64,000 nt of DNA from an uncultured Chloroflexia bacterium (GTDB taxonomy: Bacteria > Chloroflexota > Dormibacteria > Aeolococcales > Aeolococcaceae). Below, one piece after another: positions 9,030 to 18,990 of this stretch. The notes under the pieces were generated by a model that saw only the letters and a program-made list of their open reading frames with translations, was not told the origin of the DNA and did not search any database. The stretch covers positions 136,569-200,568 of the forward strand of contig CAWDLK010000002.1 in NCBI GenBank assembly GCA_963803165.1. The letters are read 5' to 3'. A program made the translations under genes and the position numbers. Position 1 is the stretch's first letter. Each line of letters starts with the position of its first letter.

Positions 9030-10344
9030 ACAGCCGGTACTCACGAAGGAGCAGCCGCCGCCGCTGCCGGCCGGAGACCGTCTCCTCGGCGACCCGGCGG
9101 CTGTCGAACATCTCCGGGTGGCGCTCCCGGATGTCGCCGATGGCGGTGCGGGCGTAGACGACCAGCAGGCTGGTGATCGGCACCGCGACCACCCCTCCGA
9201 GGAAGCCCCCGACCTCGAGGCCGGTGAAGAGGGCGAGGAAGGTGACCAGCGGGTGGAGGCGGACGAAACGTCCCTGCAAGGAGGGGGCGACGATGTAGCT
9301 CTCGATCACGTGGATGGCGACGAAGACGACCAGGACCTCGATGACGAGGAGCGGGCTGACGGTGAGCGCGAGCAGGGCCGCCACGCCGGCTCCCACGAAC
9401 GGCCCGACCAGGGGGATGAGCTCGAAGACGCCGGCCGAGAGCGCGACCACCAGGGGGAAGGGCACCCCGATCGCCCACGAGCCGATGCCGGCGAGCGAGC
9501 CGATGAGCACGGCCATGGTCACCTGGGCGCGGAAGTAGCCGCCGACCACCACGGCGAACGCGGTGAACCCGAAGTCGACCTGTGGCTGCCAGCGGGCCGG
9601 CAGGCTGTCGAGGGCGATGCGGCGGAGCCTCTGGTGGTCGCGGAGGAACCAGAAGGCGGCGACCACGATGATCACGATGTCCACCAGGACCGAGAAGGTG
9701 GCCGTGATCGCCTGGATCACGATCCGGCCGACGGCGGCCGGCGACCCGGCGAAGAGGCGGTTGGCCAGGCTCGCCAGGTTGAGGGTGCCCACCTGGATGC
9801 CGTGCTGGGTGAGGAACCGCTGGATGTCATCGAGCCGGACCTGCAGCGTCGGCACCTCGTGGGGCAGGGCCTTGGCCTCGGCGATGACCGGGCCGGAGAT
9901 CAGGGCGCCGATCCCCGCGACCGCCGCGGCCAGCGCCACCAGCACGAGGAGCACCGTCAGGGTGCGGGGGAACCGTGCCCGGCGGGTCAGCAGGTCGACC
10001 ATCGGAGCGCAGAGCAGGGCGATGACGGCCGCGAACACCGCGAGCAGGAAGATGTTGAGGATGCCGCCGACGACGGCCTGGGCGACGAGGAGCAGCTGCC
10101 AGGCAAGGAAGGCGGCGGCGAGGCCGAACGCCAACCGGCCCCACCAGAAGAAGGAGTCCCGCAGGTCGCGATGGCGGGCCGTGGCCTCCGGAGGGAGATC
10201 CGGCTCCCCTCCGCGTGCGGCGTGCGGTGCGGGCGGCTCCGCTGCGCTTCGCGGCGGCGCGGGCTCGCCCGCGGGCCGGTCGGGCGCCGCCGGATCCACC
10301 TGTTGGGTGTGGACGGCCATGCCCACACAGTACCCGCAAGTCAC
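8932..10344 (-). CDS. AI-2E family transporter (PerM/UPF0118)
   Basis: The protein has 8 TM helices and a conserved C-terminal region (ELIPLVGPFVGAGVAALLAL...) typical of AI-2E/UPF0118 permeases. The real start may be internal (MAVHTQQ at about 10320). Confidence 0.7.
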   Translation of the reverse strand: MTCGYCVGMAVHTQQVDPAAPDRPAGEPAPPRSAAEPPAPHAARGGEPDLPPEATARHRDLRDSFFWWGRLAFGLAAAFLAWQLLLVAQAVVGGILNIFLLAVFAAVIALLCAPMVDLLTRRARFPRTLTVLLVLVALAAAVAGIGALISGPVIAEAKALPHEVPTLQVRLDDIQRFLTQHGIQVGTLNLASLANRLFAGSPAAVGRIVIQAITATFSVLVDIVIIVVAAFWFLRDHQRLRRIALDSLPARWQPQVDFGFTAFAVVVGGYFRAQVTMAVLIGSLAGIGSWAIGVPFPLVVALSAGVFELIPLVGPFVGAGVAALLALTVSPLLVIEVLVVFVAIHVIESYIVAPSLQGRFVRLHPLVTFLALFTGLEVGGFLGGVVAVPITSLLVVYARTAIGDIRERHPEMFDSRRVAEETVSGRQRRRLLLREYRLFTKNPLTGRARSGEHPPGSPPSAEEGTPSRPG

Positions 10345-10386
10345 CGTGCCGGACCGGCGAGCGGAGCCGCGGCGGCGGCATCCGGA

Positions 10387-10749
10387 TCAGCGATCGACGC
10401 GGCGGACGACGAACTTGGCGGCGCTGTGGGTGTCCGAGAGATGGACCACCTTGACGTCCACGACCCCGGCGGCCAGCCCGGCGGCCAGGCCCGCCATCTG
10501 ATCGAGCTGGGCGCGCTCCTCGCCGGCCAGGAAGACGACGTCGCATCCGCCGGGCCGAGCGGCGACCTCCCCGACCCGGCCGCGCAGCTCGACCAGGAAG
10601 TCCGCGGAGAGCTGCCCGACCACGGCCACTCGCATCCCCGGCCTCACCCCCAGCTTGTCGAGCAGGGGCCGGCTCGACGGCTCGTCCCGGGGCCTCACCC
10701 TCGCCTCACCCCTTCCGGCGGCGTCCTCGCTCACGGTGCGAACGTACAA
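10387..10749 (-). CDS. hypothetical small protein
   Basis: This is a 120-aa ORF with protein-like composition (LLDKLGVRPGMRVAVVGQLSADFLVELRG...). The start is possibly the internal M39 (about 10635), because the 10749 start leaves only 8 bp to the divergent udg. Confidence 0.3.
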   Translation of the reverse strand: MYVRTVSEDAAGRGEARVRPRDEPSSRPLLDKLGVRPGMRVAVVGQLSADFLVELRGRVGEVAARPGGCDVVFLAGEERAQLDQMAGLAAGLAAGVVDVKVVHLSDTHSAAKFVVRRVDR

Positions 10750-10757
10750 TCCCGGCG

Positions 10758-11426
10758 ATGCTGAGCGGTGCGGAGGACGCCCTGGCCGTCGTTCACGAAC
10801 ACATCCTGGTCTGCACCGCCTGCCCGCTCCACGTTCGGCGCACCCAGGCGGTCCCCGGGACCGGTCCCGCGACCGCTCGGATCATGGCGGTGGGGGAGGG
10901 GCCCGGCGAGACCGAGGACCGGCTCGGCAAGCCATTCGTCGGCGCCGCCGGCAACGTGCTCACCCGGCTCCTGGGCAGCATCGGGCTGAGCCGCGACGAC
11001 ATCTACATCACCAACGTCGTCAAGTGCCGGCCGCCCGGCAACCGGGACCCGGAGCCCGGCGAGATGGAGGCGTGCTCGAGCTTCCTCGACGCTCAGATCG
11101 AGATCATCCGGCCCGACGTCATCCTGATCCTGGGCCGTCACGCCCTGGCCCGCCTGCTCCCCGGCGCGGGCGGCATCACCGGCCTCCACGGCCGCCGGGT
11201 GGTCCGCGGCGACCGGCTCTACGTCCCCCTCTACCATCCCGCGGCCGCCCTCTACCAGGCTTCCCTGATGCGGACGCTGGAGGAGGACATGCTCAAGGTG
11301 CGCCAGTACCTCGACGAGGCGGACGCCCGGCGTCGACAGCCGCCGGCCTCCGCACCGCCCCCCGGCGCGGGCGGGCCGGGACCACGGGAGGAGCCCCCGG
11401 CGCGCGACCAGCTCGACCTCTTTTGA
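10758..11426 (+). CDS. udg: uracil-DNA glycosylase, family 4
   Basis: The motifs GEGPGETEDRLGKPFVGAAG, CRPPGNRDP and 4Fe-4S Cys ligands (CTACPLH...C) are typical of family-4 UDG. Confidence 0.8.
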   Translation: MLSGAEDALAVVHEHILVCTACPLHVRRTQAVPGTGPATARIMAVGEGPGETEDRLGKPFVGAAGNVLTRLLGSIGLSRDDIYITNVVKCRPPGNRDPEPGEMEACSSFLDAQIEIIRPDVILILGRHALARLLPGAGGITGLHGRRVVRGDRLYVPLYHPAAALYQASLMRTLEEDMLKVRQYLDEADARRRQPPASAPPPGAGGPGPREEPPARDQLDLF

Positions 11427-13118
11427 ACGCCTCCACCCCGGTCGCGGCGCCCGGGCGGGCGGAGGTCTCGCGGCTTCGGCTGGTCGCCCTCGGCGGGCTG
11501 GGCGAGATCGGCCGCAACCTGCTCGCCATCGAGTGCGGCGAGGACATCGTCGTCGTCGAACTCGGGGCTGATGTTCCCCGAGACCGAGATGCTCGGCGTG
11601 GACCTGGTGATCCCCGACGTGAGCTGGCTGGTCGAGCGTCGCGAGCGGGTGCGCGGCATCGTCCTCACCCACGGCCACGAGGACCACATCGGCGCCCTCC
11701 CCTACATCCTGCCCCGGCTCGACGTGCCCGTCCACGGCACCGCGCTGACCCTCGGGATCCTGCGCAACAAGCTGCGCGAGCACCGGCTGCTCGACAGCAC
11801 GCGACTGGTCACGGTCGCGCCCGGTGACACCGTGCAGCTCGGCAGCGTCGCCGTCGAGTGGATCCACACCACCCATTCGGTGCCGGACGCCTGCGCCCTG
11901 GCCATCCACACGCCGCTCGGGGTGATCGTGCACAGCGGCGACTTCAAGGTGGACCAATCCCCGATCCAGGGCGAGCCGCCCGACCTCGGCCGCCTGGCTC
12001 GCCTCGGCGACGCCGGCGTACTGCTGCTGATGAGCGACAGCACCAACGCCGAGGTCGAGGGGATGACCCCGAGCGAGAGCTCGGTGGGTCCGGCGCTCTC
12101 CGCCCTCGTCGGCGGGGCCGCCGGGAGGGTGCTGGTCGCCACCTTCGCCTCCAACATCTCGCGGCTGCAGCAGGTGATCCGTGCCGCGGAGGACGCCGAC
12201 CGCCACTGCCTGGTGATCGGCCGCTCCATGCTCAACAACGTGCGGGTCGCCGAGGAGCTCGGCTTCCTGCGGGCCAACCCGGGCACCTTCGTCTCGCCGC
12301 GCCAGGCGGACCGGCTCCCCGATCGCGAGCTGTGCATCCTCTGCACCGGCGCCCAGGGCGAGCCGCTCTCCGCGCTGAGCCGGATCGCCACCAGCGAGCA
12401 CCGGCTGGTGACGCTCCACGCCGGGGACACCGTGGTGCTGAGCGCCAACCCCATCCCCGGCAACGAGGAGGCGGTGCACCGCACCGTCAACAACCTCCAC
12501 CGGCTCGGCGCCCACACCTTCAGCGGCAGCACCCATGGCCTCCATGCCTCGGGTCACGCGGGGCGCGAGGAGCTGCGCCTGCTGCTCACCCTCTGCCGCC
12601 CCCGCTACTTCATTCCGGTGCACGGCGAGTACCGTCACCTCGCCGCCCATCGCGAGCTCGCCATCGCCTCCGGCGTGGCGCCCGAGAGCGTCGCGGCGGT
12701 CGACAACGGCACGGTGGTGGAGATCGACGGCGGCGGCCTGCACGTGCTCGAAGCGCGGCTCTCCGCCGGCTACGTCTACGTCGACGGGCTGAGCCTCGAG
12801 GACGCCACCGACGTGGTCTTCCGCGACCGCCGCCAGCTCGCCGAGGACGGCATCATCATCGTCCACCTCGCCGTGGAGCGATCCACCGGGGTGGTGGTGG
12901 CGGGCCCCGAGCTGATCGCCCGCGGCTTCATCGAGGACGGCGGCGGCTCCAGCCTCTTCGACGAGGCCCAGGTGCGGATCCGGGAGACCCTCGAGCACCT
13001 CGGCCCCGACGCCGGCTGGACGGTCTGGAAGAGCGCGGTGCACGAGGCCCTCAGCAAGTTCCTCTTCAAGCGCACCAACCGGCGGCCACTGATCCTCCCC
13101 CTGGTCACCGAGGTCTGA
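11423..13118 (+). CDS. rnj: ribonuclease J (apparent frameshift at about 11561-11575)
   Basis: The N-terminal LRLVALGGLGEIGRNLLAIECGEDIVVVELGA is in the frame of ORF 10655..11827, from TTG 11423, which overlaps the udg stop. The remainder (MFPETEMLGVDLVIPD...THGHEDHIGALPY...) is ORF 11571..13118. A 1-nt indel in ggggctgatgttcccc joins them. Metallo-beta-lactamase and beta-CASP motifs are present. Confidence 0.8.
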
Positions 13119-13154
13119 CCCGGAGCCGATCGTGATCCATCCGCGCGGGGAGGG

Positions 13155-13905
13155 TCAGCAGGGGTTGCCGCCGGGACCGTTGTCGGAGGGGGAGCCGGGC
13201 GGCGGTGTCACCTCGGCCGACGCCCCCCAATCGGCGAATGACCACGAGAGGCGGCTCCCGTTGGCGGTGGACTGGCTGGAGGTCCAGGTCACCCCCAGGG
13301 GTAGTCCGGAGGAGCGGGAGACCGTGATGGCGGCGGTGCCGGGGCCGAGCGAGGCGATGGTCGCGTCCACCACCACGAGCGCGTCCGTCTCGGAGACGAT
13401 CGTGGCCCCCGACGCCGAGCCCAGGGCATCGGTCGTCGACCACCGGAACGGCGTCAGCACCGTCGCGCCGCCTCCGGGTACGCGCTGCCAGCGCGAGCAG
13501 GTATAGCGCTCGAAGTAGGTTTGCCCGTCGACGAAGACCATGCTGTAGTCGCCGTCGCCGGTCCGCTCCAGCTCGGCGGTGACCTCACCCCCGCGGGTGA
13601 CGGTGACCGAACCGCTGTCGATGCCGCCCCACCGGGGGCAGCACGAAGTTGTGCCCCTGGACCGAGATCTCGAAGCTCGCGGCGCTGTCGACGACCTGCT
13701 GGGCGACGGTGAGGACGGTGGCGGCGGAGGGCGTCCCCGCCAGAGGGGCGACGGGCGTCTGGCCGGCCGCGGTACCCGGGAAGCTCGGGGGCCTCTCGCC
13801 GGGGATCGGGACCACCTGACTGCAGGCGGAGCACGCCGCGGCAGCGCCGAGCGCGAGGAGGAGGGCGTTCGCCACGATGAGCCGCCTGCCGCGCTGAGGG
13901 AGCAC
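13155..13905 (-). CDS. putative secreted lipoprotein (apparent frameshift at about 13625-13640)
   Basis: A GTG start at 13905 gives VLPQRGRRLIVANALLLALGAAAACSACSQ, a signal peptide with a lipobox. The frame turns to junk after ...FEISVQGHNFVLPP. The reading continues in ORF 13155..13541 (WGGIDSGSVTVTRGG...MVFVDGQTYFERY...GNPC) after the ccccaccggggg homopolymer. Confidence 0.45.
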
Positions 13906-14148
13906 CGGCCGCCCCTTCGCCTCGATGGCGCAGGTGACCCCCGAGGTCAGAGGGTCGCCCAGCGATGCTAGTCCCTGGCGAACCGCACCGTCGGAGGTTC
14001 CCACCGGGGTGTCGCCCCGCCCGTGACCCGGCCGCGCCCCTCGGCCGGTCGAACCCTGCGAACGCCCATTCGCAACCCGTCCCTCCCTGCTACGATCGAC
14101 GCGGCCCGCCGCATTCCCCACGTCAGCACACGAGGCGCACAGACCGAC

Positions 14149-16452
14149 ATGCCTCCCCGGACCCAGCCCCGCCCCCGCACCCGGACGGCTCGCCCCGCGT
14201 CCCGGCGGTCGAGCGGCCGCCGACCGGCCCGGCCCTCCCGGCCTCCCCGCCAGCCGCTGATCAACGGCGATCAGCGCCGCGAGCTCAGCGCCGTGGGCCT
14301 GGTCGGGCTGGGGGTCCTGCTCGCGGTCGTCCTCGCCCTGCCCGGTGGTGGGTCGATCGCCCGTCCGGTGCACGACGCCCTGCTCGGCGGTCTGGGGATC
14401 GGCGCCTGGCTGATCGCGGCCGGCCTGGTCCTCACCGGCGTCCGCCTCGCCGCGGGCCGGGCCTGGACCGGGGGGGTGCTCGCCGCCGCGGGCAGCGTCC
14501 TGGTGGTGGTGGCGATGCTCGGCTTCTGCGGGCTGGTGGTCTCGGGGAGCGCGGGGTCGGTTGGCGAGCGCTTCAGCTCGGCCCTCGCGGAGCGCCTCGG
14601 AAGTGCCGCCACCGGAGCCCTGATGCTGGTGCTGATCTTCGCGGGGCTGGTGCTGGCGGTCGAGCTCCGCCTCGGGCCGGCTCTGGCGGGAGCGCGCGAG
14701 TGGCTCGCCAACCGTCCCGCCGCGGACTCCCGGGACAGGTCGCGGGGAGCCGCCCCGTCCACCGGGCGCGGGCGCGAGCCGGCGGTCGAGCTCACCGGCG
14801 TGGCCCTCGGCTTCACCCCACCACCGGCGACACCCTCCCCGCAGGGACTGCTGCCGCTCCCCTCCACGGACACCGTGGAGCCCGACGCGGAGGCGGCGCC
14901 GGCCCCGCCCCCGGAGAGCTTCACCCGCGAGTTCGAGGGGAGGGTCGAGGCACGCCCCCTGGGCCCGATCCCCGAGATGGCCACCGTCCATGGCGAACCG
15001 CTCGGAGTGGAGGAGGCCGAGAGGGTCTGGGTGCTCCCCGGGACCGAGCTCCTCGACACCGTGGGCGGCAAGCGGGAGCGGCTGGAGAAGGAGGTGCAGG
15101 CGACCGCCGCCCTCATCGTCAGCACCCTCGCCTCCTTCTCGATCCAGGCGCGGGTGGTGGGCGCCAACAGCGGGCCGACCGTCACCCAGTACGAGCTGCA
15201 GCCCGCGGCGGGCGTGCCGGTGCGCAAGATCGTCGGCGCCCAGACCGACCTCTCGCTGGCTCTGGCGGCCCCGATCCGGATCCAGCCCTTCATCCCCGGC
15301 AAGTCGGCGGTCGGCATCGAGGTCCCCAACAAGGCGGCCCAGCTGGTCTCGCTCAAGGAGATCGTCAGCGCCCCGGTGTTCGCGGACCCCCGCAAGCGCC
15401 TGGCGGTCGCCCTGGGCGCCGACGTCTCCGGTCACCCGGTGGTCGGCGACCTCTGCCGGATGCCCCACCTGCTGGTCGCCGGCGCGACCGGCAGCGGCAA
15501 GTCCGTCTGCATCAACTCCATCCTCGCCGGCTTCCTGCTCCAGGCGACCCCCGCCCAGCTCAAGCTGATCCTCATCGACCCCAAACGGGTGGAGTTGAGC
15601 ACCTTCGCGGACGTGCCCCACCTGCTCGTTCCGGTGGTGGTCGAGCCCGAGGCCGCGGTGGCGTCGCTGCGCTGGGCGTGCAAGGAGATGGAGGAGCGCT
15701 ACAAGCTCTTCGCCAGCCACGGCGCTCGCAACATCGCGGCCTTCAACGAGCGCGCCGCCGGGCTCGGGCTCTCGCCGCTCCCCTACGTCGTCATCGTCAT
15801 CGACGAGCTGGCCGACCTGATGATGGTCGCCGCCGGTGAGATCGAGGACCTGATCTGCCGGATCGCCCAGCTCGCGCGCGCCGTCGGCCTCCACCTGATC
15901 GTCGCCACCCAGCGGCCGTCGGCCGACATCATCACCGGCCTGATCAAGGCCAACATCCCGAGCCGGGCCGCCTTCGCCGTGTCGAGCGGCGTGGACTCCC
16001 GCGTCATCATCGACGAGATGGGCGCCGAGAAGCTGCTCGGCCGGGGCGACATGCTCTACCTGCCGATCGACGAGGGCAAGCCGCGGCGGCTGCAGGGCGC
16101 CTTCTGCTCGGACCGCGAGCTGGAGGCTCTCATCGACTTCTGGAAGCAGCAGGGGAAGCCCGACTATCAGGAGGAGGTCTTCCAGGTCGAGGCGAACGTG
16201 TCGTGGGCCCGCGACGCCGGCAAGCGCGACCCGCTCTTCGCCAAGGCCGCCCACACCGTCGCCGCCGAGGGCCGGGCGGCGGCCTCGCTGCTCCAGCGCA
16301 AGCTCAACGTCGGCTACACGCGGGCCGCCCGCCTCGTCGACCAGCTGGCCGAGCAGCGCGTGGTCGGCCCCTTCGAGGGGAGCAAGTCGCGGGAGGTCCT
16401 GATGGACGTCCTCCAGGTCGACGAGCTCCTCGCCGAGCTGGGGGAGGAGTAG
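14149..16452 (+). CDS. ftsK: DNA translocase FtsK/SpoIIIE
   Basis: The N-terminus has 4 TM helices. The FtsK alpha/beta motor carries Walker A LLVAGATGSGKSVCINSIL, and a C-terminal gamma wHTH domain follows. The start was taken at M43 of ORF 14023..16452. Confidence 0.85.
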   Translation: MPPRTQPRPRTRTARPASRRSSGRRPARPSRPPRQPLINGDQRRELSAVGLVGLGVLLAVVLALPGGGSIARPVHDALLGGLGIGAWLIAAGLVLTGVRLAAGRAWTGGVLAAAGSVLVVVAMLGFCGLVVSGSAGSVGERFSSALAERLGSAATGALMLVLIFAGLVLAVELRLGPALAGAREWLANRPAADSRDRSRGAAPSTGRGREPAVELTGVALGFTPPPATPSPQGLLPLPSTDTVEPDAEAAPAPPPESFTREFEGRVEARPLGPIPEMATVHGEPLGVEEAERVWVLPGTELLDTVGGKRERLEKEVQATAALIVSTLASFSIQARVVGANSGPTVTQYELQPAAGVPVRKIVGAQTDLSLALAAPIRIQPFIPGKSAVGIEVPNKAAQLVSLKEIVSAPVFADPRKRLAVALGADVSGHPVVGDLCRMPHLLVAGATGSGKSVCINSILAGFLLQATPAQLKLILIDPKRVELSTFADVPHLLVPVVVEPEAAVASLRWACKEMEERYKLFASHGARNIAAFNERAAGLGLSPLPYVVIVIDELADLMMVAAGEIEDLICRIAQLARAVGLHLIVATQRPSADIITGLIKANIPSRAAFAVSSGVDSRVIIDEMGAEKLLGRGDMLYLPIDEGKPRRLQGAFCSDRELEALIDFWKQQGKPDYQEEVFQVEANVSWARDAGKRDPLFAKAAHTVAAEGRAAASLLQRKLNVGYTRAARLVDQLAEQRVVGPFEGSKSREVLMDVLQVDELLAELGEE

Positions 16453-16536
16453 GGGAGGCCCCCGGCGGAGGGGGCGGCCCGGCTCCGGGCGCCGGCCGCC
16501 GGCCGCCGCCCGGAGCGCATATCCTTGTTCTCCGCA

Positions 16537-17028
16537 ATGGCCCAGGAGTACTCGTTCGACGTCGTCAGCGACTTCGACCACCAGGAGATGGTCAACGCCG
16601 TCGACCAGACGCGCCGGGAGATCCAGACCCGCTACGACTTCAAGGGCGTCACCGCGGAGATCATCCTGGAGAAGGAGCAGCTGGTGCTCCTCACCGAGGG
16701 CGACATGCAGCTCCGCGCCATCGTCGACGTGCTCCAGACCAAGCTCCACCGGCGCGGCATCGATCTCAAGGTGCTCGATCCCCAGAAGCCCGAGCCCGCG
16801 GCCAAGGCCAACGTGCGCCAGGTGGTCAAGCTGCGCCGGGGGATCTCCGAGGATCTCGCCCGGACCCTGACCAAGCGCATCCGAACCGATCACCCCAAGG
16901 TGCAGGCGCGAATCCAGGGGGACCAGCTGCGCGTCGTCTCCAAGGACAAGGACGCGCTCCAGGGTGTGATCCGGGCGCTCCGGGAGATGGACCTCGAGGT
17001 GCCGTTGCAGTTCACCAATTACAGGTGA
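16537..17028 (+). CDS. yajQ: YajQ family nucleotide-binding (c-di-GMP-binding) protein, UPF0234
   Basis: MAQEYSFDVVSDFDHQEMVNAVDQTRREIQTRYDFKG matches the YajQ N-terminus over its full length. Confidence 0.8.
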   Translation: MAQEYSFDVVSDFDHQEMVNAVDQTRREIQTRYDFKGVTAEIILEKEQLVLLTEGDMQLRAIVDVLQTKLHRRGIDLKVLDPQKPEPAAKANVRQVVKLRRGISEDLARTLTKRIRTDHPKVQARIQGDQLRVVSKDKDALQGVIRALREMDLEVPLQFTNYR

Positions 17029-17564
17029 AAGGCCACCTCAACCTTCCCAATCAGCTGACCATCCTGCGGCTGCTCCTGGTCCCGGTGATCGGCGTCTCGC
17101 TCGCCGTCACCTTCACCGACCACTACCAGGTCGCCGTGATCACCTACGCGGTCGCGGCCCTGACCGACAGCCTCGACGGGCGGATCGCCCGATCGCGTCA
17201 CCAGGTCACCGAGCTCGGCAAGTTCCTCGATCCCCTGGTCGACAAGATCATGGTGATCACCGTCCTGGTGATCCTGGTCGAGAGGTCGCTGCTGGCCGCC
17301 TGGGTGGTGGTCGTCGTCTTTGCCCGGGAGTTCGTCATCACCGGGCTGCGCTCCGTCGCCGCGGCCCAGGGGGTGGTCATCAGCGCGAGCCCCTGGGGCA
17401 AGACCAAGACGCTCACCCAGAACCTCATGATCGGGCTGGTCATCCTGGCCCAGCCCTATCCGGTGCTCGGCACGGTGGCGATGGTCTTCGTGTACGTGGC
17501 GGTGGTGGGCACCGTGCTCAGCGGGCTGGACTACCTCTGGCGCTACCGCGGCTTCGTGACATGA
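17025..17564 (+). CDS. pgsA: CDP-diacylglycerol--glycerol-3-phosphate 3-phosphatidyltransferase
   Basis: The CDP-alcohol phosphatidyltransferase motif is present (DSLDGRIAR...[10 protein letters not shown]). The GTG start overlaps the yajQ stop (GTGA). Confidence 0.8.
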   Translation: MKGHLNLPNQLTILRLLLVPVIGVSLAVTFTDHYQVAVITYAVAALTDSLDGRIARSRHQVTELGKFLDPLVDKIMVITVLVILVERSLLAAWVVVVVFAREFVITGLRSVAAAQGVVISASPWGKTKTLTQNLMIGLVILAQPYPVLGTVAMVFVYVAVVGTVLSGLDYLWRYRGFVT

Positions 17565-17589
17565 CGCGCGGACCGGCGCGGCGGGTGGG

Positions 17590-18129
17590 GTGAGCCCCGT
17601 CCCCGAGCTCGGCTCCGCCTTTCCCGAGAGCGCCGCTCTCGGGAGGCTCCTGGCCGGCCGGACGCTCACCGTGGCGGTGGCCGAGTCCTGCACCGGAGGG
17701 CTGCTGGGTGCCGCGCTGACCGCCGTCCCCGGCTCGTCGGGCTACGTGCGCGGCGGGGTGATCGCCTACGCGGACCCGGTCAAGGTCCAGCTCCTGGACG
17801 TCGAGCGCGAGCTGCTGGAGCGGGTGGGCGCGGTCAGCCCCGAGGTGGCCGCGGCGATGGCCCAGGGGACGGCGCGCCTGCTGGGCGCCGACCTCGGCCT
17901 CGCCATCACCGGGGTGGCCGGGCCGGGTGCACCGACGACCCGCAAGCCGGTGGGGCTGATCTATGTGGCCGGGTGGCTGCGGGGCCGGGCCCGGGTGGTG
18001 GAGCTGCGCGAGCGCGGTGGGCGCGAGGAGAACCGCGCCGCTGCGGTGCGTGCCGCCCTGGTCCTGGGAGGGGAGCTGGTCGAGACCGCCTCCGGTCCGC
18101 CGGCGCAGACGGGCAGCGGCGACCACTAA
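17590..18129 (+). CDS. CinA C-terminal domain protein (nicotinamide-nucleotide amidohydrolase PncC-like)
   Basis: [35 protein letters not shown] is the CinA-C signature. The N-terminal MoCF domain is absent. Confidence 0.7.
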   Translation: MSPVPELGSAFPESAALGRLLAGRTLTVAVAESCTGGLLGAALTAVPGSSGYVRGGVIAYADPVKVQLLDVERELLERVGAVSPEVAAAMAQGTARLLGADLGLAITGVAGPGAPTTRKPVGLIYVAGWLRGRARVVELRERGGREENRAAAVRAALVLGGELVETASGPPAQTGSGDH

Positions 18130-18138
18130 ACTCGCGCG

Positions 18139-18807
18139 GTGACCAGTGAAGAGCGGCCGCCGCGCCGATCCGTGGAGGACTTCCACTTCGGAGCGAGGGT
18201 CGTCTCCGCGGACGGGCGCCACATCGGCTCCCTCAACTTCATGATCGTCGACGGGGACAGCTTCGACGTCCACGCCCTGGTGGTCAAGGAGACCCACCAC
18301 TTCTCCGGGCATCACGTCGCGGCCACGGCCCTGATGGAGGACGACATCTCCATCCCGGTCGGCGCCGTCCGCGAGGTGACCCACGACCAGATCACCCTCG
18401 GCATCACCTCGGCCGAGGCCCGCCGGAGCGAGCCCTACCTCACCTACCGCTACGCCCCGGTGCAGAGGGCGGACGGCGGCCGCCTGCTGATGGCCGAGGC
18501 GGCCCAGACCGGGTACGCGCCGCACCTCGTCGAGGAGGCCCACAAGCGCCTCGACGAGCTGGAGATCCATCGCGGCGAGAACGTCATGCTGGGCCTCACC
18601 GGGCGCCGGCTCGGGACGGTCCAGGACCTGGTCCTCGACGAGGGCGAGCTGGCCGCGGTGGTGATCCACCCCGCCGGCTTCTTCACCGAGGACGTCCTGC
18701 TCCAGATCCGCTTCCTCGGCCGGAGCGACGACCTGGCCCTCTTCGCCCAGCTCACCGAGACGGACATCGCCCACCTGCGACCCTTCCACCCCGGCCAGCC
18801 CGCCTGA
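18139..18807 (+). CDS. hypothetical protein with two PRC-barrel-like repeats (tentative)
   Basis: The protein is 222 aa with repeated ...G..G.V.D.V.D segments. It has no confident family match from memory. Confidence 0.3.
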   Translation: MTSEERPPRRSVEDFHFGARVVSADGRHIGSLNFMIVDGDSFDVHALVVKETHHFSGHHVAATALMEDDISIPVGAVREVTHDQITLGITSAEARRSEPYLTYRYAPVQRADGGRLLMAEAAQTGYAPHLVEEAHKRLDELEIHRGENVMLGLTGRRLGTVQDLVLDEGELAAVVIHPAGFFTEDVLLQIRFLGRSDDLALFAQLTETDIAHLRPFHPGQPA

Positions 18808-18852
18808 TCGCCCCGCCCCCTTGCGCGCGGAGCCCGGACCCGCTACAGTGCG

Positions 18853-18868
18853 GCGTACATCCGTTCGT
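18853..18868 (+). promoter_or_regulatory. candidate LexA (Cheo-type) SOS box upstream of recA, immediately after a TACAGT -10-like hexamer
   Basis: gcGTACATCCGTTCgt matches GAAC-N4-GTTC at 7 of 8 positions. It shares ACATCCGTT with the lexA upstream box. The element GCTACAGT sits at 18842-18849. Confidence 0.5.
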
Positions 18869-18990
18869 CACCGCCGCAGCGCGCCGCCCCAGGAGATCAT
18901 GCCGTGACAAGCACACAGCAGAGTGGTACCATTGATCGTACAATGGAGGTGACCGGGCGGCGATCCCCCGCCGGCAAGGAGGCGGAGTCG

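Noticed and set aside
18943-18990. ATG at 18943 (MEVTGRR...) or GTG at 18904 as the recA start
   Set aside because: Neither has a Shine-Dalgarno sequence. The GTG at 18991 is preceded by AAGGAGG at ideal spacing and gives a canonical RecA N-terminus ([17 protein letters not shown]...). The upstream codons are more likely leader sequence.
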